In this document: positions 25,090 through 40,238 of the stretch, piece after piece
Layout of the letters: each line of letters starts with the position of its first letter
Position numbering within the stretch: position 1 is the first letter of the stretch
DNA from: Octopus sinensis
Lineage: Eukaryota
Direction: 5' to 3'
Assembly (NCBI RefSeq): GCF_006345805.1
Contig: NC_042997.1
Location: 151,962,001 to 152,026,000, forward strand
Length of the DNA: 64,000 bases
Program-made: the position numbers and the translations under genes
The notes under the pieces: generated by a model
The model's input: the letters and a program-made list of their open reading frames with translations, nothing else
The model's database searches: none
Told to the model about the DNA's origin: nothing

Positions 25090-26029
25090 CGTGTGTACAT
25101 GTACATATATATATATATATTTATACATACATACATACATACATATTCACCATAAACACACACACGCATATATGTGTATACATACATGAAGGAGCGGACA
25201 AACGAAAGACAACGGTATTCAGCATATTTGGTGGGAATTTCATGTATTATTTAATAATTGCGAATCCATGCGACTTAATGTTTCGTACTCTCGTAAAACA
25301 AAGCTAGCTTTTTGAGCTTCTAGAAATCGAATAACATTATAAGCAAATTCAAGCTGGCTTCTAGATGTTAAGCCATGTTCATCTCGGGTCACATGTTTTG
25401 GAAGTGACATCTGTTCTCATCTTTCTTCTTTGATCCACGTTGTCAAACAGGGTGTTTGTATGTAGTTGTAGCTCCTATATTTGAAAACTGCGGTATGGTT
25501 TATTTAGCGACATCGGTTCATTGCATTTGCCGCAACACTTAGCAGAGCGGATTGCTGTCGTAAATTAGTGAAGAACTTACACAATAACTGCGACATCCTT
25601 TTCGCATGAGTAACCAAATTTACTGCTTTTGGATAAAAACTGTGCATTGCTACGATAACTGACAACATAAATGTGACTGTAGTCTGTATGGGCACCATGA
25701 ATGTTTTAGTACTATGCCTTTGAGTAATGGGGTAGGAAAACCTAAGGTGGTGTATGTGGATAATCGGTTGCTAGTGCTTGAAGTCCATTAAAATTGCGTA
25801 CCACTGGTGGCAAAAATAAGATAATTCATTCTTTTTTTTGGTGGATACTGCACGGGTTACCGGTGTACATGCAAATTTTTTGCGAAGATATTCATGCACA
25901 GAACATTGCCCCTCGGAGATCTCTGCCCATGTCTTTTCTACAGCTAGTGGCCTGCAACAGTTGAAATAGCACTAGTCTTGGACGAACTTTTTGTGTTATA
26001 TCCTATCCTACATACTAAGCAATAAACAC

Positions 26030-26520
26030 ACACACATGCACAATGGATTCGGACGAAAATTTCAAATTAAAGGAGTACTGGCGTAACTTCACGATCGCAA
26101 CGTGCCTGTCAATCATCCTCGTTACTCTTAAAGGCACGAAAAACGAAACTCTCATCACATGCTGGAAGAAGGTGCGGCCAGAGTGTGTCCAGGACTATGA
26201 GGGCTTCTCACCTGAAGATATTCATCACGAGGCTGTCAAGAATGCAGTGAAACTGGCAAAGGTACTTGGTGGCGAAGGCTTTGACGACATCACGCAAGAT
26301 GAGGTCAACGACCTCATCGATGCCCACTCTGAAACACTGTCAGACGAAGATTTGTTGGAGTTAAGTAAGTCTGCCAGCAAAGAGAAGGAGGAAGCGCCAG
26401 ATCCAGAGGAAGAGGAAGTTGAGGTGGGCCTGGCAATCGAACTTCTATACACCTTTTAAAAATAGCAGAGGGATTGCAAGGGAAGGCGGAAGCAGGGGAT
26501 CCCTATATAGTTCGGTCTCT
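26030..26520 (+). pseudogene. Tigger/pogo (TIGD1-like) transposase C-terminal fragment
   Basis: LKEYWRNFTIATCLSII...TLITCWKKVRPECVQDYEGF...VKLAKVLGGEGFDDITQDEVNDLIDAHSETLSDEDLLEL matches the post-DDE region of Tigger1-like proteins. 5' truncated. Confidence 0.85.
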
Positions 26521-26763
26521 CCTGTAAAACACCTGAAAAAAGGGGCGTCACCTGCAGAACTTTAAATCTTCTTTACTGTGCAGCCATTACCTTCATCGTT
26601 TTCATCATCATCGTCTTAAATCAATATCATTCATTATTGGTCAGTAACCGCACATTTAACTTCAACTTTTATTAAATTATCATTATGTGTGTGTGTACTC
26701 ACTATACTCACTATACCGATGAGTTTGAATGAACCTGTTTTGATCTCACTATCTATCTGTCTA

Positions 26764-26803
<40 letters not shown>

Positions 26804-27328
26804 ATAAAACTTACTTGGAAGAGGATGTGTGGCGTTCAATCATATAATAATATAAATTATATATATATATATATATTATATATATATATATAAGCAAAGG
26901 ACCACTGATGAGGTTACAAAAGTGTGACGAAAGAACTCTGACCGAAATACAATTAATATAAAATAAAGCTGAAGCAAGTGAACACCAAATATATAGTGCG
27001 TGTGCTTTTATTGGCAACATGACCGTCCCCACGTACAGCAATGCCTAATGATATTATTTTCTGTCTACTACTCCAAGTTTTCTCAACGATTTTTTATGCA
27101 TAAATTTATTTTTGCCTCCAAAAGTTCGTTCTCAGTTTAGACATGCATACATATGTACATGCACATACACACACATGTGTATGTGTGCCTGTGTCTGAGT
27201 GTATGTATATGTGTCTGAGGGTGTGTTTGTGAGCCTATGTGTATGTATGTGTGCTTATGTGCTTGTGTGCAAGTGTGTGTAAGTGTGAGCATCACGCATG
27301 TATGTATCTATGTATTGTTTATCGTTTA

Positions 27329-27753
27329 TCTTTTGCTTATTTCAGTCTGTTGGCTGTGGTCATGCTGGGGCACCACATTCAAGGAGAAATCAAAACCTCA
27401 GTGCTTATTTTTCAAGCCCGGTTCTTATTCTATCAGTCTTTTTTGCCGAACCATTAGTTTAGGGGACGTAAACAAACCAGTACCGGTTGCCAAGTGGTGG
27501 TGGGGAACAAACACAGACGTATGCACAGATATATACATACGGACATACATATAGATATGCAAACACAAACATACCTACATGCACAAACATACACACACAC
27601 ACTAATACACATAGATGGGCTTCTTTCTATTTCTGCCTACCAAACACATTCACAAGGCTTCAGTGGGCCTAGATCTATAGATACACTTGCCCAAAGTGCC
27701 ACGTAGTTTGAATTAACCCGGAACTATATGGTATGGAACAAACTTTTAACCAC
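27329..27753 (-). mobile_element. SINE family A
   Basis: Colinear with 41599-42038, including acacttgcccaaagtgccacg. Confidence 0.85.
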
Positions 27754-27780
27754 CTACATTTTAAGAAGGCGAAAAGTATT

Positions 27781-28360
27781 CTTCTCTAGGGACAAAACCC
27801 AAATTTTGTGGGGAGAGGAGGCAATCGATTAGATCGACCCCAGTACACAACTAGTTCTTAATTTATCGACCCCGAAAGGATGAAAGGCAAAGTCGAACTT
27901 GGCGGAATTTGAACTCAGAACGTAGCGGCAGACGAAATGCCTATTTCTTTACTGCCCACATGGGGCTACACACAGAAAGGACAAACAAGGACAGACAAAC
28001 GAATGAAGTCAATTATATTGACCCCAGGGTGTAACTGGTACTTATTTAATCGACTCCGAAAGGATGAAAGGCAAAGTCGACCTCGGCGGAATTTGAACTC
28101 AGAACGTAGCGGCAGACGAAATACCTATTTTTTTAATACCCACAAGGGGCTAAACACAGAGGAGACAAACAAGGACAGACAAACAGATTAAGTCGATTAT
28201 ATCGACCCCAGTGCGTAACTGGTACTTAATTTATCGACCCCTATAGGATGAAAAGCAAAGTCGACCTCGGCGGAATTTGAACTCAGAACGCAGCGGCGGA
28301 CGAAATACCACAAAGCATTTCGCCCGGCGTGCTAACGTTTCTGGCAGCTCGCCGCCTTGC
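27781..28360 (-). mobile_element. SINE family B (tRNA-like head, Deu/Nin-like box) with three ~183-bp internal units and a 16-bp TSD
   Basis: Head ggcggcgagctgccagaaacgttagcacgccgggcg; box gcctttcatcctttcggggtcgataaattaagtacc three times; TSD gaaggcgaaaa(g/a)tatt at 27765-27780 and 28361-28376. Confidence 0.9.
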
Positions 28361-30639
28361 GAAGGCGAAAAATATTGTAGGAATAAATATTGATTGTTTC
28401 TATAGTCATATATTGGTAATGTTTGTTTTCAAAGAATCTTGCTTGCCATACTAAAGGAAATCGTTTCAAAATTTTTGCAGAAATAACAGTGGATATTAGT
28501 AAATAACGTTGTTAGGTATAATTTATTCCTCAATTTTCTATCTTTCTCTCTAACTTCAAACTGAATGTCTCTCTAACTTCACGCTCTATGGCTCTCTCAC
28601 TTACACTCTCCCTCATTTTATTCGTTCTCTCCCTCTCTTTCTCCCGCTTCCTCTCAATTTTGCTATGTGTGTGTTTCACTCACTCACTCTCTCCCACCGT
28701 CTCTCCTCTTTCTCTCTTTCTTTGTAGCTCACCGTCACTCCTATGCATTTACTGTGTCTTTGTCCCCTGTCTCCCACTCTCTGACTTACTCTCTGTCCGT
28801 CTCTTTCGCTCCTGATAATGATTTTGAGAAAGACGATGAAGTTTAGAATGATAAATATGACGGTGAAAGGAAAACGGTAATGATATCACCAGGTAATGAT
28901 GATGATGATGATGATAGTAGTGGTGGCGGTGATGGCAGTGGGGGTGACGCTGCTGTCGCTGAACTGCTGCTGCTACAGGTTGTCGGAGTTACAGTCGTCG
29001 TGGTTGTTATGATGATGATGATGATGTTGATGATGATGATGATGATGATGTTGTTGATGATGATGATGATGATGATGAAGTCGATTGATCCCTGAGTAAG
29101 GAAGACAATAGCATTATTTGAAGCGAGTGTTGTTTTCTTTTAATCTTAGTTTCTTTGAAATATGATATTTTGTTTTTTCTTTTTGTCAGTTATTACAATT
29201 CCTAAACGTTATTAGGAGAGTGCACATGTTGCTGGCAACGAGAGAATGCCGCACTAAATTCTGGCACACTATCAACTCCGATGCCTTTATGTTTAAATTC
29301 TAATCCCATTGCAGTCGACTTTAACTGCTTTCATCTTTCAGGATTCAATAAATATACTGAGTGTGTTGCGTTTTTTTTTCTTCTTTTTTTTTCTTTCTGC
29401 CTTTTCTTCCATCTGCGAATATGGTGTGGGGCCTGTTCAATAACCTCTCGACTTACAAAAGCAATCTTGAGACCAGTTAAGGAAAAATGTGAACAATAAT
29501 AATGATAATAATAATAATATAATAATAATAATAATATAATAATAATAATAATAATAATAACAACAACAACAGCAGCAGCAGCAACAGCAGCAGCAATAAC
29601 AACAACATTCAAGTATCCTCAGCGGTAATATCCTCTCAGACTTATAAAAAAATTATAAATGAATAACTAAAATCAAAGATCTTACGGCCTTCTAACTAAT
29701 AAATGCGAATCATTTTTAAATGTTTGTTGTCGATTTAATGATTGCAGATCAAATTTATGGAAGGTACTTTGAAACTCAAATTTTTTTTCTATTTTTCTGA
29801 TCATCAAAACATCTTTCATCTCAACATAATATCTGTACATCTCCACCTTCATTATTATTTTTTGTTCCTTCGTCATCCGTTCTTTGCCTCACTTTTCCCC
29901 TACATTTATCTTTGTTTTTGTTGAGGGGTTTTTTTTTTCGATGGAAGGCAGCATTATTTGCTTTTGCCTTTTGTTTTGTTTTATTCCTCATTTCTTTCTG
30001 CTCGCTAAACAATATATTGTCTTCACCTAAAAATGTTAAGACCTCATATAACTGTACTAACATTTCGCTAACCACTCTAATCTCCTAATTCAACGATGGC
30101 GTCTCGACATTGTCGGTCAATTTCCCATAAATAGTTGCTAAATCACCCTTTAATTTTATCGATCTGTAGGATAAAATCAAAGTCTACTTTATAAGAGATT
30201 TGTATTGTGATGTATTGTAGAGAATGTTATCCCTGGTCAAAATGTTTACTTTTAAACCAAAGTGTAATCCTTTTATATTTTTTTCAGTTGAGTTCAATAC
30301 CTTATTAGATATTGTAATCGCATATATCGTTAAAATATGACAAGATTATCATGCCTGGAACTTATTTGATCAGAGGTCTTCTCAATCAGTGTTGCCCTGA
30401 AGCTAAACAACACTAAATCTCTAGCTCCACTTGTACATCAACTTGTTGTGCTAACGTCAGGAGCCATTTTGACTCTTATTCATCCTCTCTGAGACCTTAT
30501 AAACAGAACACTCCTCGTTATTCCATATATCTAATAGAAAAATAAATATTGTTATGATTAAAATACTTCATAGGATATATTAATCCATATAATTTCTGCT
30601 GAGAAAGTTGGTTTGTAGAAAATCGAACAAAGGAACTTT

Positions 30640-31400
30640 TAGTTTTTAATCATTCATCTTACATTCTGAGTTCGAAATCCAGTACGACTAACTTTGCATG
30701 TTATCCCCCCAGTTTAGAAAAAAATAAGTACTCGTCAGGAACTGGAGTTAGTGGTTATAGATTATATATTATCTGAAAATTTGGAGTCTTTACGACTATG
30801 CAAAATCAATGTACGGTGGTAGATAGGCGGAATCGGTAGAGCGTCAGATATAATGCTTGACGCTTATAAGCTACATCCCTGTAACTTATGAAGTCACATC
30901 CTGCTGAAGTCAACTTTGCCATTAATCTTCCCGAAAATCAACTAAACAAAGCGCCATTAAAAATACTTGTCGAATTCAATGACTACTCCCTCCCTGAAAT
31001 TTCTGGTCTTGTATCTATGTTAAAGGCAGTGGGTTGATAGAACAGTTGAGCGTCGGAAAAGTGCATTGTGGCAGTTTTTCTGGCTCTCAGTATTTTAAAT
31101 TCAAAATCTTGCTGTTTCACTCTTCTGGGGTCAATAAAATTCTAGTCAATTACTGAGTCCGATTAAATTGGCTAAACCCTCCTCCCCAGTATGTGACATT
31201 GTTCTCATGTTAGAAACAATTATTTCCAGGGTTGTGGAGTGGGAAAGGCATTATTTCAAGGGACAAAATACCTGACGCTATTTTAATATGTTCCTTTAAT
31301 TTCTAAGTTTTAATCTCATCGGGGCAGCCTTTTCCTTTTATTCTAAGGATATCGATAAAATAATGTGTCACTTAAGCATTTAGAATTGATCTAAGCGACC
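30640..31400 (+). mobile_element. Cluster of about 4 degenerate family B SINE copies
   Basis: Recurrent degraded motifs ttctgagttc(g/a)aa, gtcaactttgcc, gtc(g/a)ataaaat and tatgttagaaac at ~190-bp spacing. Confidence 0.55.
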
Positions 31401-32014
31401 CAATTCTCATCGTTTAGATGTAAACAGCCCTTTGGAATAACCCTACGTTTTACAAAAATCAATATCGTTTCCAAGCAAAAGCGAGGAAATATCTTCATCG
31501 GTAATGCACCCAGTAAACACCGTATGCTACTGATGTATATTTTTTTTCACGCACTCCAGGTTCCAATTTCAAAATCTAGCTTGGGGGTTAACATTTAAAT
31601 TTCATTCTTCTGAAGTTGTTTAATTTTTTTAGCTAGATTTCGAAGAAGAAATTGGGTTCGAAATAATCGAATATTCTATCCACCGTAATGTTCACTTTCA
31701 CTATAAATCAATACCTTATTTTGCATTATTTAAATATATACTTCATTCTTTGTAGTAAATCCTTCATATATTAATCGCTGCAGACAATGAAGACAAGCAA
31801 AAATTCAGATCCCACGAGAAAATACTGTAAAAACGGTAGTATAAACAGAATTTGTATACAGATATCTGTTTGAAAATGAACTAAACTGTTAAGTGATCGG
31901 ATTAATATGTCAAACACTACATTTTGTAATAGATTATGGTTAATGAACTAACATAATCGCAATGTGATTGAAATGAGAAAGTCAAGTATCTCCATTGTAC
32001 CAAATAAATAATGA

Positions 32015-32560
32015 ATTTGATGAAACTATTGTTCATATTGTAAATGAATAGCTTGATTTGCCCAAAGCCAGTATAAGTTGTGATGTCATGATTAAATAGT
32101 AAAAGCTCTGCATTGGAAACTGTGAAATATGGAGGTTAGACTATAAACCGTTGAGAGTGACTGAGTTGGAAACTTGGAAAATCTTGTAGGATTTCCCAGT
32201 TCAAACAAACCTGGTGCTTGAAAACAAGAAACCGGTCTTAGTGGTGGTGGACGAAGTAAACTTTGTAACTGATGCTGCCTGCCTATTTATCTCTTGAATA
32301 GTTAAGAAGGAAGACGAAAAGGGAGACGCGTACCATCTGCTTAAATATGAAAAGCCAGATTGTGGAAGATGAAAAAAATAAAGATAGTGCCCATTATCGT
32401 CGGGGCCTTGGGGACAGTATCATAAGATATTGAGAATAACGTAAAGAAAATGGAAACATAATGTCAAGCAGAGCAGTTGCAAGAAGTTTGCCTCTTTGGC
32501 AAGACTAGAATTATCAGGGCTAGATATTTGCAGAGAACAAATAGCATAGAACCGTAAGCT
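32015..32560 (+). pseudogene. Degenerate 3' part of an R4/Dong-like non-LTR retrotransposon (zinc-knuckle region and restriction-like endonuclease)
   Basis: ETIVHIV...HD..KALHWKL...KIL*DFPVQTNLVLENKKPVLVVVD...TDAAC...KKEDEKGDAYHLLKYE / RLWKMKKIKIVPIIVGALGTV, with stops and frameshifts. Confidence 0.8.
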
Positions 32561-32635
32561 ACAGGTGGTAAGCCAGCTACTAATGTAAGATTCTTGGAGT
32601 TTCAAAGGAACGTGAGTTAAAAGAATATTAAGAAG

Positions 32636-32810
32636 AATAGTTTCAACTTTTGGCACAAGGCCAGCCTTTTCGAGGTAGGGCATAAGTTGATTACATCGAG
32701 CCTAGTAGTCAACTAGTACTTATTTTATCGAACCCAAAAGCATGTAAGACGAATTCAACCGCGGCAGAATTTGAATTCATAACGTAAAGATGAACGAAAT
32801 GCTTCCAAGT
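32636..32810 (-). mobile_element. SINE family B, partial
   Basis: ttttggcacaaggccagc...tacttattttatcga...cggcagaatttgaa...gaaatgc. Confidence 0.75.
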
Positions 32811-32846
32811 AATAATAATAATAACAACAACAACAACAACAACAAC

Positions 32847-32896
<50 letters not shown>

Positions 32897-32898
<2 letters not shown>

Positions 32899-33180
32899 TT
32901 TCTTTAATGGCTGAAAGGGCCTTCATAAAGATGTACAAAAGACATAGGTACAAAAACAGAACACGAACTAACAGAACAAAACACGAGCTAGAAATAAAAT
33001 GAAAATTCCACAATACGGCGGAGACCTCTAAGAGCTTCCCTTGGAAACCCTACAAAAATCACGATCTCCCTGACCGCTTAAATAAGTTCACTCCTATTTC
33101 AACCAGAAAGCGCATCCACAGAGTAAGCCCGTTCAAGCCGCCCATGAAATTTTGGAAGTTACCAAGCGACTCATCAACAG
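32897..33180 (-). mobile_element. Possible 3' end of a LINE (short ORF end, pyrimidine-rich UTR, ATTAAA, (TAT)n tail)
   Basis: Minus strand ...GLTLWMRFLVEIGVNLFKRSGRS*, then a T-rich UTR and ccattaaagaaa(tat)n. Family not recognised. Confidence 0.35.
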
Positions 33181-36100
33181 TTATATACATGCATACATAC
33201 ATACATTCACACATATATACATACATATATACGTACGTACATATATACATACACACACATATATATATATTCATATATATATAGAGAGAGAAGAAAGAGA
33301 GAGAGAGAGGTATTAATGCGAATAAACACAAGTAAGCTTGTCACTTATATACGTACATATATATATATATAGAAAAAATAAGACGAATGGGGTTTAAAAT
33401 TTAATACACCTGTTTCGATAGAATTTTATTGATACATTCATAGACTATATCATAACATAAATTCACCATCTTCAGGTAAAATTTTAAACATATAAACAAG
33501 GCAAGGTAAAATCGTTTTACCATTCTTCAGACATACGACGATTGAATGCCGAATAGAGAAAAAAAAACAACGAATTTATCTGACGACCCAATGCATGGCG
33601 TGGAAATATATTTTTATGAGAACATAAATGGTGTTTGTAATATTCATGGCTTTCCGAAAAGGATTTGTAGTATAAATTAAATATACTTGTATCAAGCGAG
33701 AATCGAAACTGCGTAATTTCATGCATGCCAGTAGCTTACATCCGACTGAACTTTGCTCAGAGTGGAAAAAAGATAAACTTAAAAACTCCTAAAAATGTCA
33801 GGGGATTTGATCAACAAGTTTTGTGTCACTTCATTATAAAATACCCACGAGACTTAATATGAGGCCGGTTTAGGAAAGCATCCATAACAGAATAGAATCA
33901 AAACTGTCATTACTATCTTAATATTGGATGTATGATGGATGTATGAAGGGTTTCTATCATCTAACCTTATTCAATGTCTCTAATAATGCTATTTGCCAAC
34001 GGCAATTAATCAGTAATTCCTTTTTCCGTCTAAAGCCCGAGTGTAACCTCAGTAACTTGCTTTGTGGATTTGACTGCAAGATAGATCTCTTAGTGATTCA
34101 CTGTCTAAGGTTATCGCCAAATTGACTTCATTCTTTCAGACTTCTAGTGAGAGAGGAAAATATGCAACAATTTTGGCATCTGACCAGCATTCAGCAGTAG
34201 AAACGAACTTTTGTCCGACCAACGAATCCCTTGTAATTTCCAGAGTTTAAGCTATTATTCTATGGCTTCTATCCAAACAAGTCTTCATGCTAGCCTTCGT
34301 GCAACATTAGAAGCCCTCCAACAATGTAAACATTACTTTTATTCATTTAAAGGTCCCTATTAACATCTAGCCTCTAGGGCCTATTGGCTCATCTAGAATG
34401 TCCCAGTCTTAATAAAGCATTTATTTCCTATAAACTCTATATCTCATTTTAGCGAATAATTTCATTATGTATCTGTAAACAATAATCAACGTGTTTTGCC
34501 TAATTCACTAAAAGCTTCATAAACTGGTCATAAAAATTAACGCTTGTTAAGGATTTTATTATTTTAGAGTTTGTCTCATTCCGTTAATACAATCCTTTAA
34601 TGCAAAGGAGAACAAATAATTATTCTAATATGAATAGTTTACATTACGCTAAAATTATTGTCCATAATCACATGAATTCAAATTACAAATTTTTATTAAC
34701 ATTTTAGGACGACTTTAGGCAGGTTCTACATTCCATTATTTTACATATGTTAACACAAGTTACATGTGAATGTGTACAGACCTGTTATTCGTTATACATA
34801 CACCTTGTTGAAGCAGCTTGTAATAATGTCTTGACATTATATGCAGTATAGTGCAGAGAATTTCAAACTGTGTATCCCGATACTTTAATGCGTCACTGAT
34901 GATCTCTAGTTGTGTGGCTATATTGTATGTGATCATATTAATTATCACAAATATTTAACCCTGAAATATATTTCAGTTCTCATTATTATGCATATTATTT
35001 GACATCTGACTGGTAACGCGATATCTTAACTAATTTATGAGAAAGCGTAATTAACGTATAACGAGTATATTATTTTCAAAAAGTGACATCACGGCGAAAA
35101 CTGTGGAAAGCTCAAGAATAGCATGTTATTTTAGTGGCACTTGCGTCAAATTACATAAGGGGAAACCTTTGTTCGGGTCAGCTGATTTTCACATTATCAT
35201 ATTCTATACGATCATGATATTTTGTTCCAAAAAGAAGATAGCAAGCTTGCAAAATCGTTAGCTTTATATTCTGCGTTCAAATTCCACCGCGGCTGGTTTT
35301 TGCCTTTTATCCTTCCGTAACCGAGAGAATAAATACCAGGTCGGTAGTAGGGTTGATGTAATCGACTTAATTCTCCTCTAAAATTGCTAACCTTATCTGA
35401 AAAAAAAAGAAAGAATTACACTTTAGTTTAAAAGTAAACATTTTGACCAGGGATAACATTCTCTACAATACATCAGAGTACAAATCTCTCCTAAAGTAGA
35501 CTTTGCTTTTTATCCTACAGATCGATAAAATTAAAACTAGCCAATAATTGGTTAAACCTTCAAATGCGGTTCAGAGTATGGTTAAAGCCCAATGACTGAA
35601 ACCAGTAAAACAATAAAAGAAATATTCGTGGTTTAATTCTAAAATTAACCAACAATAAGCTTAATTTAATTTTCGAATGCATAGACCATAAATTTAAAAA
35701 AAGAAATGAAACCGGATGACTTGAATGAGATACTGCCATTGTTAGAATTACATAAAATAATACTAGAGATGTGAGCCACGAACTGCGCATGTCAAAGAAT
35801 TCGAAACGATCTGCTAATATAAAGAAAAGTGAAGATGAGAGCTAAAGTACTATTGTTTTTCATTTTTTGTTTTATTTTATCTTCTTTTTTTTTAGCTTTT
35901 TCTTCCATAGCTGCAGTTCTTTATTCTTTATATCTGCACGTTTCGTTTTGTTTTAAATATAACACATTGACACACAGACACACACACACATATGCATGCA
36001 CACACATGTGAGCGTGTATTGAGATAGCGAGAGACAAAGAAAAAAGAGCTATCATCATAGAGTAATAGTAGGTGAGCTCCTGGCCGACTGCGTTGCATTT

Positions 36101-36279
36101 TCAGATCACAGTTGAAGCCAATTAATTTCCTCAATGCTCTTGGGGAAATTTAGAACGTCACAGCACTCTATATCACCTTCTTTTTCTTTCATTCTCTTTC
36201 TCTCCCTCTACCTCTCTCCCTGTTTCCTTTATATCTCTCTATCACTCCCACGATATGCTATCTTCTTCTTTCTCATCAC

Positions 36280-36476
36280 ACACGCACGTACATACACTCA
36301 CACACACATATATATATATAACGCGCACATACAAATACTCTCCCATACCTAGTTATATACGTATACATGTATGCGTGCGTATGCATGTTGCGCTTATATA
36401 TGCATGTATATATATATATATATATATGAATATATATATATATATATTCATATATATATATATTCATATATATATA

Positions 36477-36520
<44 letters not shown>

Positions 36521-36827
36521 ATATATGCATATATATATATATAAAATCATATATATTATACTTAGGTATATATACATATACGTACATATACATATATGCA
36601 TATAAACATCTACGTTGATATACATATATATACGTATATATATATACATATACATACATATACATATATGTGTATGTATATGCATATATAAATATATATG
36701 TAAAATATATATGTGTATATATATATGTGTATATATATGTGCATATATGCATATGTATGTATATATATAATCATGATGATATCTAATGATCATCGTATTA
36801 TTCATATATATGTACGTACACACACAG

Positions 36828-36926
<99 letters not shown>

Positions 36927-37120
36927 TGTGTCTAGGAGGGTAACTTTCTAGGTGCAATCCCATGGTCATTCATGACCGAAGGGGGTCTTTATATATATAT
37001 ATATATATATAATATATATATATATATATGTGTGTGTGGTGTGTGTGTGTGTTTGTATGTATATATGGATGTACGTACGTACGTGTGTGTCTAAGTATGT
37101 ATGTATGTATGTATGTATAA
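36280..37120. repeat. Degenerate (TA)n/(TACA)n microsatellite field
   Basis: Seen directly. Confidence 0.95.
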
Positions 37121-37618
37121 CTCGATGATCATTAGAATTATAATCACTCAAGTACTATTTTGCATTTTAGAAATTACTTATAAATTTAGTGTATCTTATT
37201 ATATTTCATTATGTCGAAGAATTCTCTTCAGGCAACAAAACAAAGAAGAAAAAAAAATTTAATCCTTTGGTTTATGAATGAAACCAACAACTATCCATTC
37301 ATGGCAACATTTAAAGATAATATTTAAAGATAGCTGCAAGTTCTGAACATCCAAAACAACTCTCAAGTGTTAGATATAATGAATGTACACTATTGCAGCG
37401 TCTTTTGAGATCAGCTGTCATATACCTACATGAAGAAAGAAAAAAAAAGCACAAATTCTCGTTTTAATGAAGCTCCTTTCCAAAAATAATAAAGTATCTC
37501 AAGGTTTGGTTTCTGAGGATTGAAACTATGGAAACGGCAGAGAACTACACGATGAATATCTGTTATACACACGAAATATTATCGTGTGAAGGCAATGTTA
37601 TTTTTTTCGTATTTTGTT

Positions 37619-37665
<47 letters not shown>

Positions 37666-38137
37666 GAATCTGATTAATGGTATACAATATTCGTATTTGC
37701 CTTTGAAAAGAAATCCAAGTTTTTGGAGAATATGCATCTGCAGTTCTAACTCAGAACAAATTCTATTCGGTACATTTTTCTATAACGTAAGAATCTGCAT
37801 TATTTATGACTGCAAATGAGGGCAATGTAGATTTCTAGATCTTACTCATTTACACTAGTATTTGGAAATAGAGGCTATGTATTCTGAAAAACACACTCCG
37901 CTTAAGGATAAGTTCAAATTGCATTTAAACTGTAATCTTTTAATCAAAATAATTTCGTTTCATATTTTCTTGTGCTTTATTATTAACTGTAAATTATTAT
38001 TAATTGTAAACTAAGTACTGACCAACTGATTCACCACACATTTTGACTTTATGACTATGCTATAAAAATATACGTATATTTGTACTGGTTGTGTGCTTAC
38101 AACTACTACTTAGGATACATATGCATGTGTGTGTGTG

Positions 38138-38193
<56 letters not shown>

Positions 38194-38663
38194 CAAGTGT
38201 TTGTAATTGCTAGCTCCAAGGATCTAGGTGTAGGAAGTTAGTAAGCTTCGAGCAGTAATCCGTTGTAGGTATAAAAAACAACATCCTGGAACAATAATAA
38301 TTTATTGACGTAGAAAGTTGTAGGCTTTTCCCATTATATGTATGTAGGTATGTAAGTTTGTACGTATGTATTTATGTATATATGTATCTATCTATCTATC
38401 TATCTATCTAGGCGTGCATGCGTGCATGAATGTATGTTTATATATATATGTGTGAGTGTGTATTTGTGTGCGTATCCATGGAGATAAAATGGCTGTTATA
38501 TTCCTAAGAACGTCATCAACATTCTGCTTGTTACACTGTGTTGCCAGAATACGATAGAGTTGTTTACCACGTCTACATTAAATACCAGTTCAAGAGTATT
38601 TTAATATATTGCGGGCGTTTCTTTGTATTTTTGGATAGATTATTTTTCTATCACTCTCTTATT

Positions 38664-38697
<34 letters not shown>

Positions 38698-40186
38698 ATA
38701 TATATTATATATATATATATATATATAATATATATATATATATATGTATATATAAGGTGTCGCGAAATGGAACTGAACATGAATCCGCTGTGATTGCAAG
38801 CCAAACTTCTTAATCCCTGTTATGAACTGTAAGTTACTAATCGAATGGCGTTGATTTCCTCTGAAATTTTTACTTTAGAAATGTATTCTTCATTTCAAAC
38901 ACGAATCTAGGTTTATGCACCAAACTACAAAATCTTAGAGATAACTCTCATTGATAGACATTCTGAACGTTATGTAAAAAAATTAAGTAATGTCTAAACA
39001 GACATGACACTTCAAATATAATATTTCAACAAAAACAAAAATGGCTTTCCTAATTGGCAGCTGAAATAATTAAAGGGTTAACATGAAAAGCTTTATATAT
39101 GATGAATGTCTTCTTTTCCTGATCGTATTATTTCATGTCATATGATTTCCTTTATCGTCTACTTTCGAATAGTTCCACCTGTTTCATGAACTGTATATTT
39201 ATATATTTGTGCACGTTTTGTATTCTTCTATTCATCTTTCGGGTCATTTACGTTGTTAATGAGTAGAAGGCTATCGTTTTGCGACTTCTTATCCTGTTTA
39301 CATTCATATTGAATTTCTTTTGTGTACTACTAAGTAGCAAACCAGAAGGTAGAGTAATATATTGTATGTGTGTGTGTGTGTGTGTAGATAGATATACACA
39401 CGCATATATATGGACATGCGCATATATATTTAAGAGTATATAGATTTAAATACATACATATATACATACATACGTTCATTGTGATACACGCACATATGTA
39501 TGTGTCATAAATATGTGTGTACGCGTGCGCGTATTTATATACATATATATATGCATGTGTGCATGTATGTATATATATATATATATATGCACACATATAC
39601 ATATATATATGCATATATATATGTATATATATATATATATTTGTATGTATGCGTGAATATATTTATATGTGTATATATATATATACATACACATATAGAT
39701 ATGTGTGTATATGTGTGTGCCTGTGTGTGTATGTATGTGAGTATGTATGAGATATGTGTGTGTGCGTGTTTGTGTGTGGGTGTGCGTGTGCGTGTTTGTG
39801 TGTGGGTGTGCGTGTGCGTGTTTTCCACTGTTTGTCCTTTCGTAAGTTGGAAAACGAGCTGATTAAGTCATTGCAAGTTATTACGTTTGAAAAGAAAACT
39901 CATCTTGCACTATATTTGGAAATGGGCTTCGAATCAATACTAAAAATCTTATTATGCAGAATGTATATAATTGGGGCCATAACAATTCTTATAGACAATC
40001 TATCACTCATCTGCTTTAACAAGGGCACATTCAGTCAGACATGACAATCATCCACTCAAACATACATAGACGAGTATGCGTTTATATGAGTACATATATA
40101 TGTATGTATATATATATAAGAATTTTTGGCGTAATGAGATAAAAAGACCAAGGCTGTGTAGATATTAGAACATTTATAGATAAATG

Positions 40187-40238
40187 GTCTTACAGCTGTT
40201 TCTAGGATATTTATTAATTTTATCCCTTCATCGGAGAC
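40187..40238 (-). ncRNA. Minimal type-I hammerhead ribozyme (second copy of the 11973 family)
   Basis: Minus strand gtct-CCGATGA-a-gggata(aaattaataaa)tatcct-a-GAAA-cagctGTA-agac. Stems and core conserved while the stem II loop differs. Confidence 0.75.
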
